DNA from: Candidatus Fervidifonticultor sextus
GTDB taxonomy: Bacteria; Sysuimicrobiota; Sysuimicrobiia; Sysuimicrobiales; Humicultoraceae
Direction: 5' to 3'
DNA: 33,075 nucleotides
Assembly: GCA_031459875.1 (NCBI GenBank)
Contig: JAVKHQ010000030.1
Coordinates: forward strand, 1 to 33,075
Positions within the stretch are counted from its first letter, which is position 1; each line of letters starts with the position of its first letter. Made by a program: the position numbers and the translations under genes. Positions 16,402-26,909 of this stretch are shown here, piece after piece. Below the pieces are notes generated by a model. The model ran no database searches. It was not told the origin of the DNA and was given only the letters and a program-made list of their open reading frames with translations.

Positions 16402-17772
16402 ATGCGATACGAGGATGCCCTGAAGTACCTGGACGGCCTGCTGGAAGGGGCGCGCCCTGCGTTCCCAGAGGGGCGCCTGGATCGCATGGCGCGATTGCTG
16501 GAGGCCATGGGCCTGCGCCGGCCACCCTACCCCGTGGTGCTGGTGGCCGGCACCAAGGGGAAGGGATCCACAGCCACGATGCTGGCGGCGATCCTCTCCG
16601 GCGCCGGGCGCCGCGTCGGCCTGCACACGAAGCCCCACGTCTCCGACTACCGCGAGCGGATCCGCCTGGACGGGGATCCGGTCGCGCCGGAGACGCTGGC
16701 GGGTCTGGTCGCGGAGGTCGCCCCGGCGGTTGAGCAGGCATCCGCCGGCGGGAGCGGTCGCCCCACGTACTTCGAAGTCTCGTTGGCCCTGGCCCTGCGC
16801 TGCTTCGTGGAGGCGCATGTGGACGCCGCCGTCGTCGAGGTCGGCGTCGGCGGACGGTACGACGCGACGAATGTGCTGGATCCCGTGCTGTCCGTGATCA
16901 CGCCGATCAGCCGCGACCATACCGAGACGCTGGGGGAGACGCCGGGGGCCATCGCCCGCCACAAGGCCGGGATCCTGCGCCCGCACCGACCGGTGGTGAC
17001 GGCCCCGCAGACCCCGGACGTGGAGGCGGTTCTGGAGGAGGAGAGCACCGCGGTCGGAGCCCGCCGGATCCGCACGGGTGAGGCTGCGGCCTGGGTCCGC
17101 GGCGCACCGGAAGCCACCGGCGAGGCCTTCTGCCTGCAGACCCATCGCGCCGACTACGGCCGGCTGGTCGTGGGGCTTCGGGGCCGGCACCAGATCGTTA
17201 ACGCCGCGACGGCCGTGCTGGCGGCTGAGGAGGTGGCGGCGCCCCGGGCTGTCCCCGTCGCCGCCGTGCACGCAGGACTGCGGTCGGCCTTCCTCCCTGG
17301 CCGGTTCGAGGTCTTGCCCGGCGCCCCTCCGCTAGTCCTCGATGTGGCGCACAACGCGGCCTCGATGGAGGCGGTGCGGGCGGCGCTTCACGACTACTTT
17401 CCCGGACGGTCCGTCGTGCTGGTCTTTGGGATGATTGGCACCCACGACCCGAACGAGGTGGCCGGGATCATCGCGGGCCTCCCCCGCCTGGCGGTCGTCA
17501 CCGAACCGGCCCACATCAGACCGGTGCCGGCCGACGACCTGGCCGGCCTGATGCGGCAACGCAACGCGGCCGTCGAGATCGTGCGGGATCCGCTGGCGGC
17601 GGTCGACCGCGCGCTGGCCGCTGCCGGGCCGGACGAGGTCGTCTGCATCACCGGTTCGGTCTACCTGGTGGGCGCGGTCCGCGGGCACCTCATCGCGCAG
17701 CGGGCGGCCATCGGTCTGGCGGCCGACCGGGACCGCGCGGCGCAGACGCCGGCGCCGGCAGGGAGCGGCTAG
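16402..17772 (+). CDS. folC: Folylpolyglutamate synthase/dihydrofolate synthase
   Basis: VAGTKGKGST, TKPH..YRERI, TYFE, EVGVGGRYDATN, ISRDH..LG, KAGI, PGRFE, LDVAHN, TGSVYLVG. Confidence 0.93.
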   Translation: MRYEDALKYLDGLLEGARPAFPEGRLDRMARLLEAMGLRRPPYPVVLVAGTKGKGSTATMLAAILSGAGRRVGLHTKPHVSDYRERIRLDGDPVAPETLAGLVAEVAPAVEQASAGGSGRPTYFEVSLALALRCFVEAHVDAAVVEVGVGGRYDATNVLDPVLSVITPISRDHTETLGETPGAIARHKAGILRPHRPVVTAPQTPDVEAVLEEESTAVGARRIRTGEAAAWVRGAPEATGEAFCLQTHRADYGRLVVGLRGRHQIVNAATAVLAAEEVAAPRAVPVAAVHAGLRSAFLPGRFEVLPGAPPLVLDVAHNAASMEAVRAALHDYFPGRSVVLVFGMIGTHDPNEVAGIIAGLPRLAVVTEPAHIRPVPADDLAGLMRQRNAAVEIVRDPLAAVDRALAAAGPDEVVCITGSVYLVGAVRGHLIAQRAAIGLAADRDRAAQTPAPAGSG

Positions 17773-17774
17773 CC

Positions 17775-19355
17775 GTGTGGGTGGACTTCCTCGCCGACGA
17801 CATCCTCAAGACGCGCCGGGAATCCCGGCACGTCGTCAACGATGCCAAGAGCCCGTCCGGCCGCATCCACGTCGGTGCGCTGCGCGGGGTGATCCTGCAC
17901 GACTGCGTGGCGCGGGCCCTGCGTGACCGCGGCGCGCCCACCGAGTTCCTCTACGGCTACGACGACTTCGACCCGCTGGACAGCGTGCCGCCGGGACACG
18001 ACGACCTGGCCCCCTACCTGGGCGTCCCGCTCTGCGACGTGCCGTCGCCGGACCCGGCCGAGGCACCCAACTTCGCCCGCTACCATGCCGACGAGTTCAC
18101 GCGGGCCTTCACCCGGCTGGGGGCGGAGCCGCGCCTCTACTGGACCAGCAACCTCTACCGCTCCGGCGCCCTTGATGCGGCGATCCGGACCGCGCTGGAT
18201 CGCGCCGGCGAGATCATCGAGATCGACCGCGCCATCAGCGGCAGCCGGAAGGCCGAGCGCCATCCGGTCCAGGTCCTCTGCGAGCGGTGCGGCAGGATCG
18301 GCACCACCGTGGTGACCGGGTGGGACGGGACCCAGGTGGCGTACGCGTGCAGACCCGACAAGGTGGCCTGGGCCCGGGGGTGCGGGCACCAGGGCCGCCG
18401 CTCGCCCTTTGGCGGAGGGAGCAAACTCCAGTACGTAACCGAGTGGGCGGCCAAGTGGCGCCTGTTCGGCGTGACGGTGGAAGGCGCGGGGAAGGACCAC
18501 ATGACCCGGGGCGGCAGTTACGATCGGGCCGGGGCCATCGTGGAAGCCGTCTACGGCCATCTGCGGCCGTTCCCCATTCCCTACGAATGGTTCCTGATCG
18601 GCGGCCGGAAGATGGCCAGCAGCAAGGGGGTGGGGATGTCGGCAGCCGAGTTCGTCGAACTGGTGAGGCCCGAAGTGGCGCGGTTTGCGATCGTGCGGCC
18701 GCACTACCGTCAGGCGGTGAACTTCGACCCGGGCGGCGAGACGATCGCCCATCTGTACGACGAGTTCGACCGGGCGGCGGCCGCCTTCTTCGGCCGGCAG
18801 GACGACCCCGATCTTGCGCGCACGTTCTACTACTCGCACCCGCCGGGGCCCATCGCCGATGCCGTTCGGCTGCGCTTCACCCGCGTGGCCCACATCAGCC
18901 AGATCCCCTCCGCGGACCTCTTCAAGGAAGCGGAGGCGGAAAAGGGGGGCCCGCTCACCGATGACGACCGTCGGGAACTCGCCGCCCGTCAGGCCGACGC
19001 ACGCCGGTGGCTCCAGACCTACGCGCCTGCCGCCCACCGGTTCGAGGTACAGCCGACGCTGCCCGACGGCGCCGCCGCGCTGTCGGACGCCCAGCGCCGC
19101 TTCCTGGCCGATCTGGCCACGCTGGTCCAGTCCGGACTGCGCGATGAGGCGCTCCATGCCGCCATCCACGCGCTGAAGGGACAGCACGGGCTGGCGCCGA
19201 AGGCGGCGTTCGGCGCGATCTACCAGGTTTTCCTGGGGAAGGACTCCGGGCCTCAGGCCGGGTGGTTCCTCTCAGCCCTCGATCGAGAGTTCGTGGTCCG
19301 CCGGCTCCGCGAGGCCGCCGGGGCAAACCGGGGTGAGGTGAGGGATCCCACGTGA
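17775..19355 (+). CDS. lysS: Class I lysyl-tRNA synthetase (LysRS1)
   Basis: W..AD, SPSGRIHVG, DDFDPL, YLGVPL..P, Zn motifs CERCG and CGHQG, EGAGKDH, YEWF..KMASSKG, C-terminal LGKDSGPQAGWF. Confidence 0.92.
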   Translation: MWVDFLADDILKTRRESRHVVNDAKSPSGRIHVGALRGVILHDCVARALRDRGAPTEFLYGYDDFDPLDSVPPGHDDLAPYLGVPLCDVPSPDPAEAPNFARYHADEFTRAFTRLGAEPRLYWTSNLYRSGALDAAIRTALDRAGEIIEIDRAISGSRKAERHPVQVLCERCGRIGTTVVTGWDGTQVAYACRPDKVAWARGCGHQGRRSPFGGGSKLQYVTEWAAKWRLFGVTVEGAGKDHMTRGGSYDRAGAIVEAVYGHLRPFPIPYEWFLIGGRKMASSKGVGMSAAEFVELVRPEVARFAIVRPHYRQAVNFDPGGETIAHLYDEFDRAAAAFFGRQDDPDLARTFYYSHPPGPIADAVRLRFTRVAHISQIPSADLFKEAEAEKGGPLTDDDRRELAARQADARRWLQTYAPAAHRFEVQPTLPDGAAALSDAQRRFLADLATLVQSGLRDEALHAAIHALKGQHGLAPKAAFGAIYQVFLGKDSGPQAGWFLSALDREFVVRRLREAAGANRGEVRDPT

Positions 19356-19377
19356 GCGGGAGGCGTTCAGCAGCGAG

Positions 19378-20337
19378 ATGACTGACCAGCCCCTGGTCGT
19401 CCTGGTCCTGGCGCGGATCGAAGACCGCCACGTGGAGATGATCCAGGCGGTGGATCCCAGAGTGCGCGTGATCGAGGCCGCCAACACCCAGCGGGCTGCG
19501 GCCGCCGCTGCCGAGGCCGACGTGATCGTGGCCTGGCAGATTCCCGACGCCGTGCTGGACCGCGCCCGCCGCCTGCGCTGGATCCACGCCACCGCGGCGG
19601 GGGTGGACGGCCTGCTGGTCCCGGCGGTGCGGGAGGGCCGGGTGATGCTCACGAGCAGCGTGGGCATCCACACCACGTGGCTGCCCGAACACGTCATGGC
19701 GCTGATCCTGGCCTTTTCGCGGCGCCTCCACGTGGCGCTGCGCAACCAGATGGCGCACCGGTGGGACCGGTCCGCCGCGGTGGGGGAGGAGATCCGGGGC
19801 AAGGTCCTGGGCGTGCTGGGCGTGGGGGCGATCGGCCGGGTCCTGGCGGAGCGCGCCGCGGCCTTCGGGATGCGCGTCATCGGCACCAAGCGCACGCCCG
19901 AACCGGTGTCCCACGTGGAGCGGGTGCTCCCGCCCGAGGGCACCGATGAGGTGCTGCGGGAGGCCGACTTCCTGGTCGTCCTGCTGCCGCTCACGCCGCA
20001 GACCCGGGGGTTGATCGACGCGCGGGCGCTTGGGCTGATGAAGCGGACCGCGGTCCTCATCAACGTGGGCCGCGGACCGGTCGTCCGGGAAGCCGATCTG
20101 ATCGCGGCGCTGCGCGACGGGACGATTGCGGGCGCCGGGCTGGACGTGTTCGAGCGGGAACCGTTGCCGTCCGACAGCCCCCTCTACGACATGGAGAATG
20201 TCATCATCACCCCGCACGTCTCGGGAGCCTCGCGGACGTACTTCGACCGGGCGATCCCGCTCTTCTGCGAGAACCTCCGCCGGTTTCTGGACGGTGCCCC
20301 GCTGCTGAACGTCGTGGACCCGGTGCGGGGGTACTGA
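19378..20337 (+). CDS. D-isomer-specific 2-hydroxyacid dehydrogenase (NAD-binding)
   Basis: LRWIH..AGVD, GVGAIG, LPLTPQT, INVGRG, LDVFEREPL, ITPHVSG, VD..RGY. Confidence 0.92.
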   Translation: MTDQPLVVLVLARIEDRHVEMIQAVDPRVRVIEAANTQRAAAAAAEADVIVAWQIPDAVLDRARRLRWIHATAAGVDGLLVPAVREGRVMLTSSVGIHTTWLPEHVMALILAFSRRLHVALRNQMAHRWDRSAAVGEEIRGKVLGVLGVGAIGRVLAERAAAFGMRVIGTKRTPEPVSHVERVLPPEGTDEVLREADFLVVLLPLTPQTRGLIDARALGLMKRTAVLINVGRGPVVREADLIAALRDGTIAGAGLDVFEREPLPSDSPLYDMENVIITPHVSGASRTYFDRAIPLFCENLRRFLDGAPLLNVVDPVRGY

Positions 20338-20349
20338 GGAGGAACGTCG

Positions 20350-22446
20350 TTGAAACGATACGCACCTGCGCAGATCCGCAACGTGGCCGTCGTGGGACAC
20401 GGCGGGGTGGGCAAGACCTCGCTGGTGGAAGCCCTGCTCTTCCAGGCCGGGGCCATCGACCGGCAGGGCCGGGTCGAGGACGGCACGACGACGACCGATT
20501 TCGACCCGGAGGAGATCCGCCGCAAGCACACCATCAACGCCTCGCTGGCGCCGCTGGAGTGGGAGGGGACCAAGATCAACCTGATCGACACGCCTGGCTA
20601 CCCGGACTTCATCGGCGAGGTGGCAGGCGCCCTGCGCGTGGCCGACGGCGCGCTGATCGTCGTGGACGCCCGCTCAGGGGTGGAGGTCCAGACTGAGGTG
20701 GTCTGGAAGCGGGCGGAGGAGGACGGGCTCCCCCGCATCGTGGTCGTCAGCCGGATGGACCGCGAGCACGCCCACTTCGACCGGACCGTGGAGGCCCTGC
20801 GCGCCCGGTTTGGCACCCGCATCGTGCCGATGCACCTCCCGGTGGGCGATGAGGCCGCGTTTGCCGGCGTCGTGGACCTCGTGGCGATGCAGGCGGTGCT
20901 GGCATCCGACGGCAAGGAGCGCGTCGCCGACATCCCCCAGGACCTCCGGGACGCGGCCCAGGCGGCGCGGGAGCGCCTGGTGGAAGCCGCCGCGGAGTCC
21001 GACGATGTCCTGGTGGAGAAGTACCTGGAGGCCGGGACCCTCACCGACGGGGAACTCCGCCGGGGCCTGACCGCGGGCGTGCGTGCCGGCAAGATCGTCC
21101 CGGTGCTGGCCGCGGCCGCGATCAGGCGGATCGGCACCTCGCAGGTCCTCGCCGCCATCACCTCGCTGCTGCCGTCGCCGGAGGACCGCGGCCCGGTCAT
21201 CGGACGGCATCCCCGCAACGACGACGAGGTCACCGTCGAGCCCAACGAGCGGGGGCCGCTGGCCGCCCTGATCTTCAAGACGATGGCCGACCCCTACGTC
21301 GGGCGGCTCTCGTACTTCCGGGTCTACGGGGGGGTCCTGGCGTCGGACTCGCAGGTCTACAACGCCACGCGCGACAGGGTGGAGCGGATAGGGCAGCTCT
21401 ACGCCGTCCGCGGCAAGCAGCAGGAGGCCGTCCCCCAGGTGGGCCCCGGGGACCTGGGCGCGGTGGCCAAACTGGCCGAGACCGGCACCGGCGACACGTT
21501 GTGCCACAAGGACGCGCCGGTCCGGCTGGCGCCCATCAGTTTCCCCCACCCGGCCATTTCGATGGCCATCGAGCCCAAAAGCAAGGCCGACGAGGACAAG
21601 ATGGGCAGCGCGCTCCACCGCCTGGCCGAGGAGGACCCGACGTTCTCGGTCCGACGGGACCCGGAACTCAAGCAGACCATCATCTCCGGGATGGGCGAGT
21701 CGCACCTGGAGATCATGGCCGACCGGCTGCGCCGGAAGTTCGGGGTGGACGTCACCCTGGCCCCGCCCCGGGTGCCCTACCGGGAGACGATCAGGGGGAA
21801 GGCGCAAGGGCAGGGCCGGCACGTCAAGCAGAGCGGGGGCCGGGGGCAGTACGGGGTCTGCTTCGTGGAAGTCGAGCCCCTGCCGCGGGGAGCCGGCTTC
21901 GAGTTCGTGGACAAGATCTACGGAGGCGCGATTCCCAACCAGTTCATCCCGTCGGTGGAGAAGGGGGTCCGCAAAGCGCTGGAAGAGGGCATTCTGGCCG
22001 GCTATCCGGTAGTGGACATCCGGGTGACGCTGTACGACGGCAAGTACCACGAGGTGGATTCCTCCGACATCGCGTTTCAACTGGCCGGGGCGCTGGGGGT
22101 CAAGGAGGCGGCCACCAAAGCCGGGCTGGTGCTGCTGGAACCCATCCTGACCATCGAGGTGCGCGTGCCCGAGGAGATGATGGGCGACATCATCGGCGAC
22201 CTGAACAGCAAGCGGGCGCGGATATTGGGCATGGAATCTCAGGGGGACGGGACCACGATCGTCCGGGCCCAGGTCCCCCAGGGTGAGGTGCTGCGGTACG
22301 CCTCCGATCTGCGGTCGCTGACCGGCGGGCGAGGCACGTTTGCCGCCTCGTTTTCGCACTACGAGCCGGTCCCCGCCCACGTGGCCGACCGGCTGGTCGC
22401 CGAGGCCCGGCGGCAGAAGGAGGAGGCCGAGGCCCAGCGGGCATAG
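20350..22446 (+). CDS. Elongation factor G paralogue (EF-G2 / EF-G II type)
   Basis: Five-domain EF-G layout. GHGGVGKTS, switch I RKHTI, DTPGYPDF, G4 SRMD, GMGESHL, KQSGGRGQYG, YHEVDSS. TTG start with a GAGGAGG SD. Confidence 0.9.
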   Translation: MKRYAPAQIRNVAVVGHGGVGKTSLVEALLFQAGAIDRQGRVEDGTTTTDFDPEEIRRKHTINASLAPLEWEGTKINLIDTPGYPDFIGEVAGALRVADGALIVVDARSGVEVQTEVVWKRAEEDGLPRIVVVSRMDREHAHFDRTVEALRARFGTRIVPMHLPVGDEAAFAGVVDLVAMQAVLASDGKERVADIPQDLRDAAQAARERLVEAAAESDDVLVEKYLEAGTLTDGELRRGLTAGVRAGKIVPVLAAAAIRRIGTSQVLAAITSLLPSPEDRGPVIGRHPRNDDEVTVEPNERGPLAALIFKTMADPYVGRLSYFRVYGGVLASDSQVYNATRDRVERIGQLYAVRGKQQEAVPQVGPGDLGAVAKLAETGTGDTLCHKDAPVRLAPISFPHPAISMAIEPKSKADEDKMGSALHRLAEEDPTFSVRRDPELKQTIISGMGESHLEIMADRLRRKFGVDVTLAPPRVPYRETIRGKAQGQGRHVKQSGGRGQYGVCFVEVEPLPRGAGFEFVDKIYGGAIPNQFIPSVEKGVRKALEEGILAGYPVVDIRVTLYDGKYHEVDSSDIAFQLAGALGVKEAATKAGLVLLEPILTIEVRVPEEMMGDIIGDLNSKRARILGMESQGDGTTIVRAQVPQGEVLRYASDLRSLTGGRGTFAASFSHYEPVPAHVADRLVAEARRQKEEAEAQRA

Positions 22447-22483
22447 AACGCCCGCGGGAGCGGTTGGACCAATGGTGGGTGGC

Positions 22484-24280
22484 ATGGCCAGGGCAGTCCT
22501 GACTCCGGAAGTCAAGGAGGAGATCCGCCGCCGGACCGACATCCTGGCGGTGGTGGGGGCCCACGCGTCGCTGAAGAAGTCCGGGCGGTACTATAAGGCG
22601 CTCTGCCCGTTCCATCAGGAGAAGACGCCGTCGTTTCACGTGGACCCGGAGCGGGGGCTGTGGCACTGCTTCGGGTGCGGGGCCGGCGGAGATATCTACG
22701 ACTTCGTCATGCGGACGGCCAACCTGACCTTCATGGAGGCGGCCCAGGAACTGGCCCGCCGCAGCGGCATCCGCCTGGAGACCTCACCGGAGGCGGCCCG
22801 GCAGGCCTCCGAGCGGGAGCACCTCCTGCGGGCGCTCGACGGCGCGCGGGAGTATTTCCAGACCATGCTGGCCAGCCGGGGCCAGAAGGCTCGCGCGTAC
22901 CTCCAGCGGCGGGGGGTGGCCGACGAGATTGCCGCCCGCTTCCATCTGGGCTATGCGCCGCCCGGATGGGAGGGGTTGCTGGCGGCCATGCGCGCCAGGG
23001 GCTACGCGCCCCAGGTGCTGGAGCAGGCCGGCCTGGCCGCGGCCAGAGCGGAGGGCGACGGGTACTTCGATGTGTTCCGGGACCGCCTGATCTTCCCGAT
23101 CGTCGATCTCCAGGAGCGGGTCGTGGCCTTCGGCGGCCGCGCCCTGGACGACGCCGAGCCGAAGTACCTGAACTCGAAGGAGACCCCGCTCTTCACCAAG
23201 GGCCGGCTCCTGTACGCGCTGCCGCAGGCGCGGGAGGCCATCCGGGAGCGGGGCGAGATCCTCGTCGTGGAAGGCTACATGGACGTCCTGGCGTGTCACC
23301 AGTTCGGGTTCCGCCACGCCGTGGCCTCCCTGGGCACGGCTCTGACCGCCGAGCAGGTGGCGCTCATGCGCCGGTTCGGGGCCCGCGTGGTGTTCGTCTA
23401 CGACGCGGACCGGGCGGGTGAGGCCGCCACCCTGCGCGGACTGGGGCTGTGCGAGGAGGCCGAACTCTCGGCCCGCGTCGCGGTGCTGCCGTCGGGGGCG
23501 GATCCCGATGCCTACCTCCGGCGGCACGGTCCGGAGGCGTTCGGCCGGGTCGTGGCCGGGGCGCTGCCGATGTTCGAATACCACGTGGAGGTGGCCCTGC
23601 GGCGTCACGATCCGGGGACGCGAGAAGGGAAAGTCGCGCTGATAGACGAAATATTGGCCGTTATCCAATCGGTGGTAAACCCGGTCCGCACGGCCGAGTA
23701 TCTCCGCGCGCTGGCCGAACGTTTTGACCTGCCCGAGGATGCGCTCCGCCAAAGGTTGCGGACGCGGGCGCGGTCGAGTCGGACGTCCGCGCTCGATCCC
23801 AAGATGCCGACCCTGGGCAGCGATCGGGCCCGAGAGGAGGCAGAGCGGCTCCTCCTCCACGTGATGGTGCAGGAGCCAGCCCGCCGGGCGGCGCTGGCAC
23901 GGGCGCTAGGGCCGGACGTCTTCTCGACCCCCGTTCATCGCTCGCTCGCGGCCGCGCTGTTCGCGGTCCCCGAAGGTGGTGTCGGCGACGTCCGTGAGCG
24001 GCTCGACGATGAGACCGCGGCCCTGCTTTCACGGCTGGCCTTCGAGCCGCCCCCGACCAGCGAGCGAGATAAGGATCGCGCGGTCGCCGAGGCGGTGCGG
24101 TACCTGACGCAGGTGGAGCCGGCGGCCGCAGCGCGCCGGAGGATGTGGGAGGCGATCAAGGCGGCCCAGGCCAGCGGCGACGAGGCCGAACTGCGGCGAC
24201 TGCAGGCCGCCTACGCGGAGTTGATTGCCGCCGGGAGGCGAGGCGGGTCGGCCGCACGATCCGCGGCGGGCCCCAAGTGA
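22484..24280 (+). CDS. dnaG: DNA primase
   Basis: Zn finger [12 protein letters not shown]...[45 protein letters not shown]. Start at 22472 or 22484. Confidence 0.96.
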   Translation: MARAVLTPEVKEEIRRRTDILAVVGAHASLKKSGRYYKALCPFHQEKTPSFHVDPERGLWHCFGCGAGGDIYDFVMRTANLTFMEAAQELARRSGIRLETSPEAARQASEREHLLRALDGAREYFQTMLASRGQKARAYLQRRGVADEIAARFHLGYAPPGWEGLLAAMRARGYAPQVLEQAGLAAARAEGDGYFDVFRDRLIFPIVDLQERVVAFGGRALDDAEPKYLNSKETPLFTKGRLLYALPQAREAIRERGEILVVEGYMDVLACHQFGFRHAVASLGTALTAEQVALMRRFGARVVFVYDADRAGEAATLRGLGLCEEAELSARVAVLPSGADPDAYLRRHGPEAFGRVVAGALPMFEYHVEVALRRHDPGTREGKVALIDEILAVIQSVVNPVRTAEYLRALAERFDLPEDALRQRLRTRARSSRTSALDPKMPTLGSDRAREEAERLLLHVMVQEPARRAALARALGPDVFSTPVHRSLAAALFAVPEGGVGDVRERLDDETAALLSRLAFEPPPTSERDKDRAVAEAVRYLTQVEPAAAARRRMWEAIKAAQASGDEAELRRLQAAYAELIAAGRRGGSAARSAAGPK

Positions 24281-24282
24281 CC

Positions 24283-25392
24283 ATGGCCAAGAAGAAGGCA
24301 CAGGCCCAGGCGACGACCGAGGAGCTCACGCCCGAACTGCGGGCGCTGGTCGACCTCGGGCGCAAGCGCGGGTTTGTGACCCACGACGACATCCTGGAGC
24401 AGTTCCCCGACGTCGAGCAGAACGTCGAGCAGGTCGATCGCCTCTACGCCGTCCTGGCCGAGCAGGGGATCGAGATCGTCGAGGACGAGAAGGCCGCCGA
24501 GCCCAAGAGCAAGGCCGAAGCCGAGGAAGAGGCCGAGGCGGCGCTGCGGGCCCCGGAGGGGATCTCCATCGATGACCCGGTCAGGATGTACCTCAAGGAG
24601 ATCGGGAAGGTCCCGCTGCTCACCCAGGCCCAGGAGGTCTCGCTGGCCCAGCGGATGGAGAAGGGCGACGAGGAAGCGAAGCGGCGCCTGATCGAGGCCA
24701 ACCTGAGGTTGGTGGTGTCCATCGCCAAGAAGTACGTGGGCCGGGGCATGCTGTTTTTGGACCTGATCCAGGAGGGCAACCTGGGCCTGATCCGGGCGGT
24801 GGAGAAGTTCGACTGGCGCAAGGGGTATAAGTTCAGCACCTATGCGACGTGGTGGATCCGGCAGGCCATCACGCGGGCGCTGGCCGATCAGGCGCGCACC
24901 ATCCGCATCCCCGTGCACATGGTGGAGACCATCAACAAGCTGGTGCGGATCTCCCGCCAGTTGCTGCAGGAACTGGGGCGCGAGCCGACCGCGGAGGAGA
25001 TCGCCGAGGCCATGGGGTTGCCGGTGGAGCGGGTGCGCGAGATCAACAAGATCGCCCAGGAGCCCATCTCGCTGGAGACCCCGATCGGCGAGGAAGAGGA
25101 CAGCCACCTCGGCGACTTCATCGAGGACCACGACGCCCTGGCCCCCGCCGAGGCCGCGTCGTTCACCATGCTCAAGGAGCAGCTGGACGGGGTGCTGGAC
25201 ACGCTGACCCCGCGCGAGCGCAAGGTCCTGAAGCTGCGGTTCGGGCTGGACGACGGCCGGCCGCGGACCCTGGAGGAAGTGGGCCGGGAGTTCGGGGTCA
25301 CGCGCGAGCGCATCCGGCAGATCGAGGCGAAGGCGCTGCGGAAGCTGCGGCATCCCAGCCGCAGCAAGCGGCTCAAGGACTTCATCGAGTAG
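24283..25392 (+). CDS. rpoD: Primary sigma factor RpoD/SigA
   Basis: Region 1.1, [62 protein letters not shown]. Directly follows dnaG. Confidence 0.97.
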   Translation: MAKKKAQAQATTEELTPELRALVDLGRKRGFVTHDDILEQFPDVEQNVEQVDRLYAVLAEQGIEIVEDEKAAEPKSKAEAEEEAEAALRAPEGISIDDPVRMYLKEIGKVPLLTQAQEVSLAQRMEKGDEEAKRRLIEANLRLVVSIAKKYVGRGMLFLDLIQEGNLGLIRAVEKFDWRKGYKFSTYATWWIRQAITRALADQARTIRIPVHMVETINKLVRISRQLLQELGREPTAEEIAEAMGLPVERVREINKIAQEPISLETPIGEEEDSHLGDFIEDHDALAPAEAASFTMLKEQLDGVLDTLTPRERKVLKLRFGLDDGRPRTLEEVGREFGVTRERIRQIEAKALRKLRHPSRSKRLKDFIE

Positions 25393-25504
25393 CCCACGGA
25401 CTGACGGGCAGCGCGCCGGTTCCCCTGGGGCGGGATGGGCAACGTCAGTCTGCCCGGCGCGTGCTATCCACAACCAGCACTGGGTCCAGGAGGAGCCTCA
25501 CGCC

Positions 25505-25533
25505 TTGCCGGGATACCCGGCATACGCTACCGT
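25505..25533 (+). promoter_or_regulatory. Possible SigA promoter of ahcY overlapped by an inverted repeat
   Basis: TTGCCG, 17 nt, TACCGT. The inverted repeat TGCCGGG-ATA-CCCGGCA (25506-25522) covers the -35 and spacer. Confidence 0.35.
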
Positions 25534-25594
25534 AGGTGGGCCGGGAGCCCGGACGATCGTCCGCCAGACACGCTGGAAGCCGATGGAGGAGCCC

Positions 25595-26851
25595 ATGACG
25601 CACGATGTCCGTGATTTGACCCTGGCCGCCGAGGGCCTGCGCCGCATCGCCTGGGCCGAGCGGGAGATGCCGGTGCTGCGGCGCATCCAGGAGCGGTTCG
25701 CCGCCGAACAGCCGCTGCGCGGCCAGCGGATCGCCGCCTGCCTGCACGTGACCACCGAGACGGCCGTGCTGGTGCTGGCCCTGCGCGCCGGCGGCGCTCA
25801 GGTGGCGCTGTGCGCCAGCAACCCGCTCTCCACCCAGGACGACGTGGCGGCGGCGCTGGCCTCGGAATACGGGATCGGCGTCTTCGCCGTCCGGGGCGAG
25901 GACCGCGACACCTACTACCGGCACATCCATCAGGTGCTGGCCTCCAGACCGCAGATCACCATGGACGACGGCGCCGACCTGGTCTCGACTATCCACCGGG
26001 AGCGGACCGACCTGCTCGATGGGATCGTCGGCGGCACCGAGGAGACGACCACCGGCGTGATCCGCCTGCGGGCGATGGCGCGCGACGGCGCGCTGCGCTA
26101 CCCGATCATCGCGGTGAACGACGCCCAAACGAAGCACCTGTTCGACAACCGGTACGGGACCGGGCAGTCCACGATCGACGGCCTGCTGCGGGCCACGAAC
26201 ATCCTGCTGGCCGGCCGCACCGTCGTGGTGTGCGGGTACGGCTCGTGCGGCCGCGGGGTGGCCATGCGGGCGCGCGGGATGGGCGCGCAGGTCGTCATCA
26301 CCGAGGTGTCGCCGCTGCACGCGCTGGAGGCGGTGATGGACGGCTACCGCGTCATGCCCATGGCCGACGCCGCGCGCACCGGCGAGGTCTTCATCACCGT
26401 GACGGGCAACACGGGCGTCATCCGGGAGGAGCACCTGACGGTTATGCGGGACGGGGCGATCCTGGCCAACAGCGGCCACTTCAACGTGGAGATCGAGATT
26501 CCGGCGCTGGAGAGGATGGCGGTCGGCCACCGTCGGGTCCGGGAGCATGTGGAGGAGTACGTGCTGCCCGATCGCCGCCGGTTGTTCCTCCTGGCCGAGG
26601 GCCGGCTCCTCAACCTGGCTGCGGCCGAGGGACACCCGGCCGCGGTGATGGACATGTCGTTCGCCAACCAGGCGCTGTCGGTGGCCCATCTGGTCGCCGA
26701 GGGCCGCCGGCTCGAGCGGACCGTGCACCCTGTGCCGCGCGCCATCGACGAGACCGTCGCCCGCCTGAAGCTGGACGCGCTGGGGGTGGCCATCGACTCC
26801 CTGACCGACGCCCAGCGCCGCTACCTGGAATCCTGGCAGGAGGGGACGTAG
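25595..26851 (+). CDS. ahcY: S-adenosylhomocysteine hydrolase
   Basis: [84 protein letters not shown]. Confidence 0.96.
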   Translation: MTHDVRDLTLAAEGLRRIAWAEREMPVLRRIQERFAAEQPLRGQRIAACLHVTTETAVLVLALRAGGAQVALCASNPLSTQDDVAAALASEYGIGVFAVRGEDRDTYYRHIHQVLASRPQITMDDGADLVSTIHRERTDLLDGIVGGTEETTTGVIRLRAMARDGALRYPIIAVNDAQTKHLFDNRYGTGQSTIDGLLRATNILLAGRTVVVCGYGSCGRGVAMRARGMGAQVVITEVSPLHALEAVMDGYRVMPMADAARTGEVFITVTGNTGVIREEHLTVMRDGAILANSGHFNVEIEIPALERMAVGHRRVREHVEEYVLPDRRRLFLLAEGRLLNLAAAEGHPAAVMDMSFANQALSVAHLVAEGRRLERTVHPVPRAIDETVARLKLDALGVAIDSLTDAQRRYLESWQEGT

Positions 26852-26909
26852 CAGGCCGGGCCTGGTCGCCACCCCCCGCACGAGCGAGGTCGGCCGGCCG
26901 ATGTAGCGG

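Noticed and set aside
25480..25590. SAH riboswitch before ahcY (GAGGAGC present)
   Set aside because: The following GnUGC, the AGGCUC strand and the downstream GCGCUC pseudoknot partner are absent.
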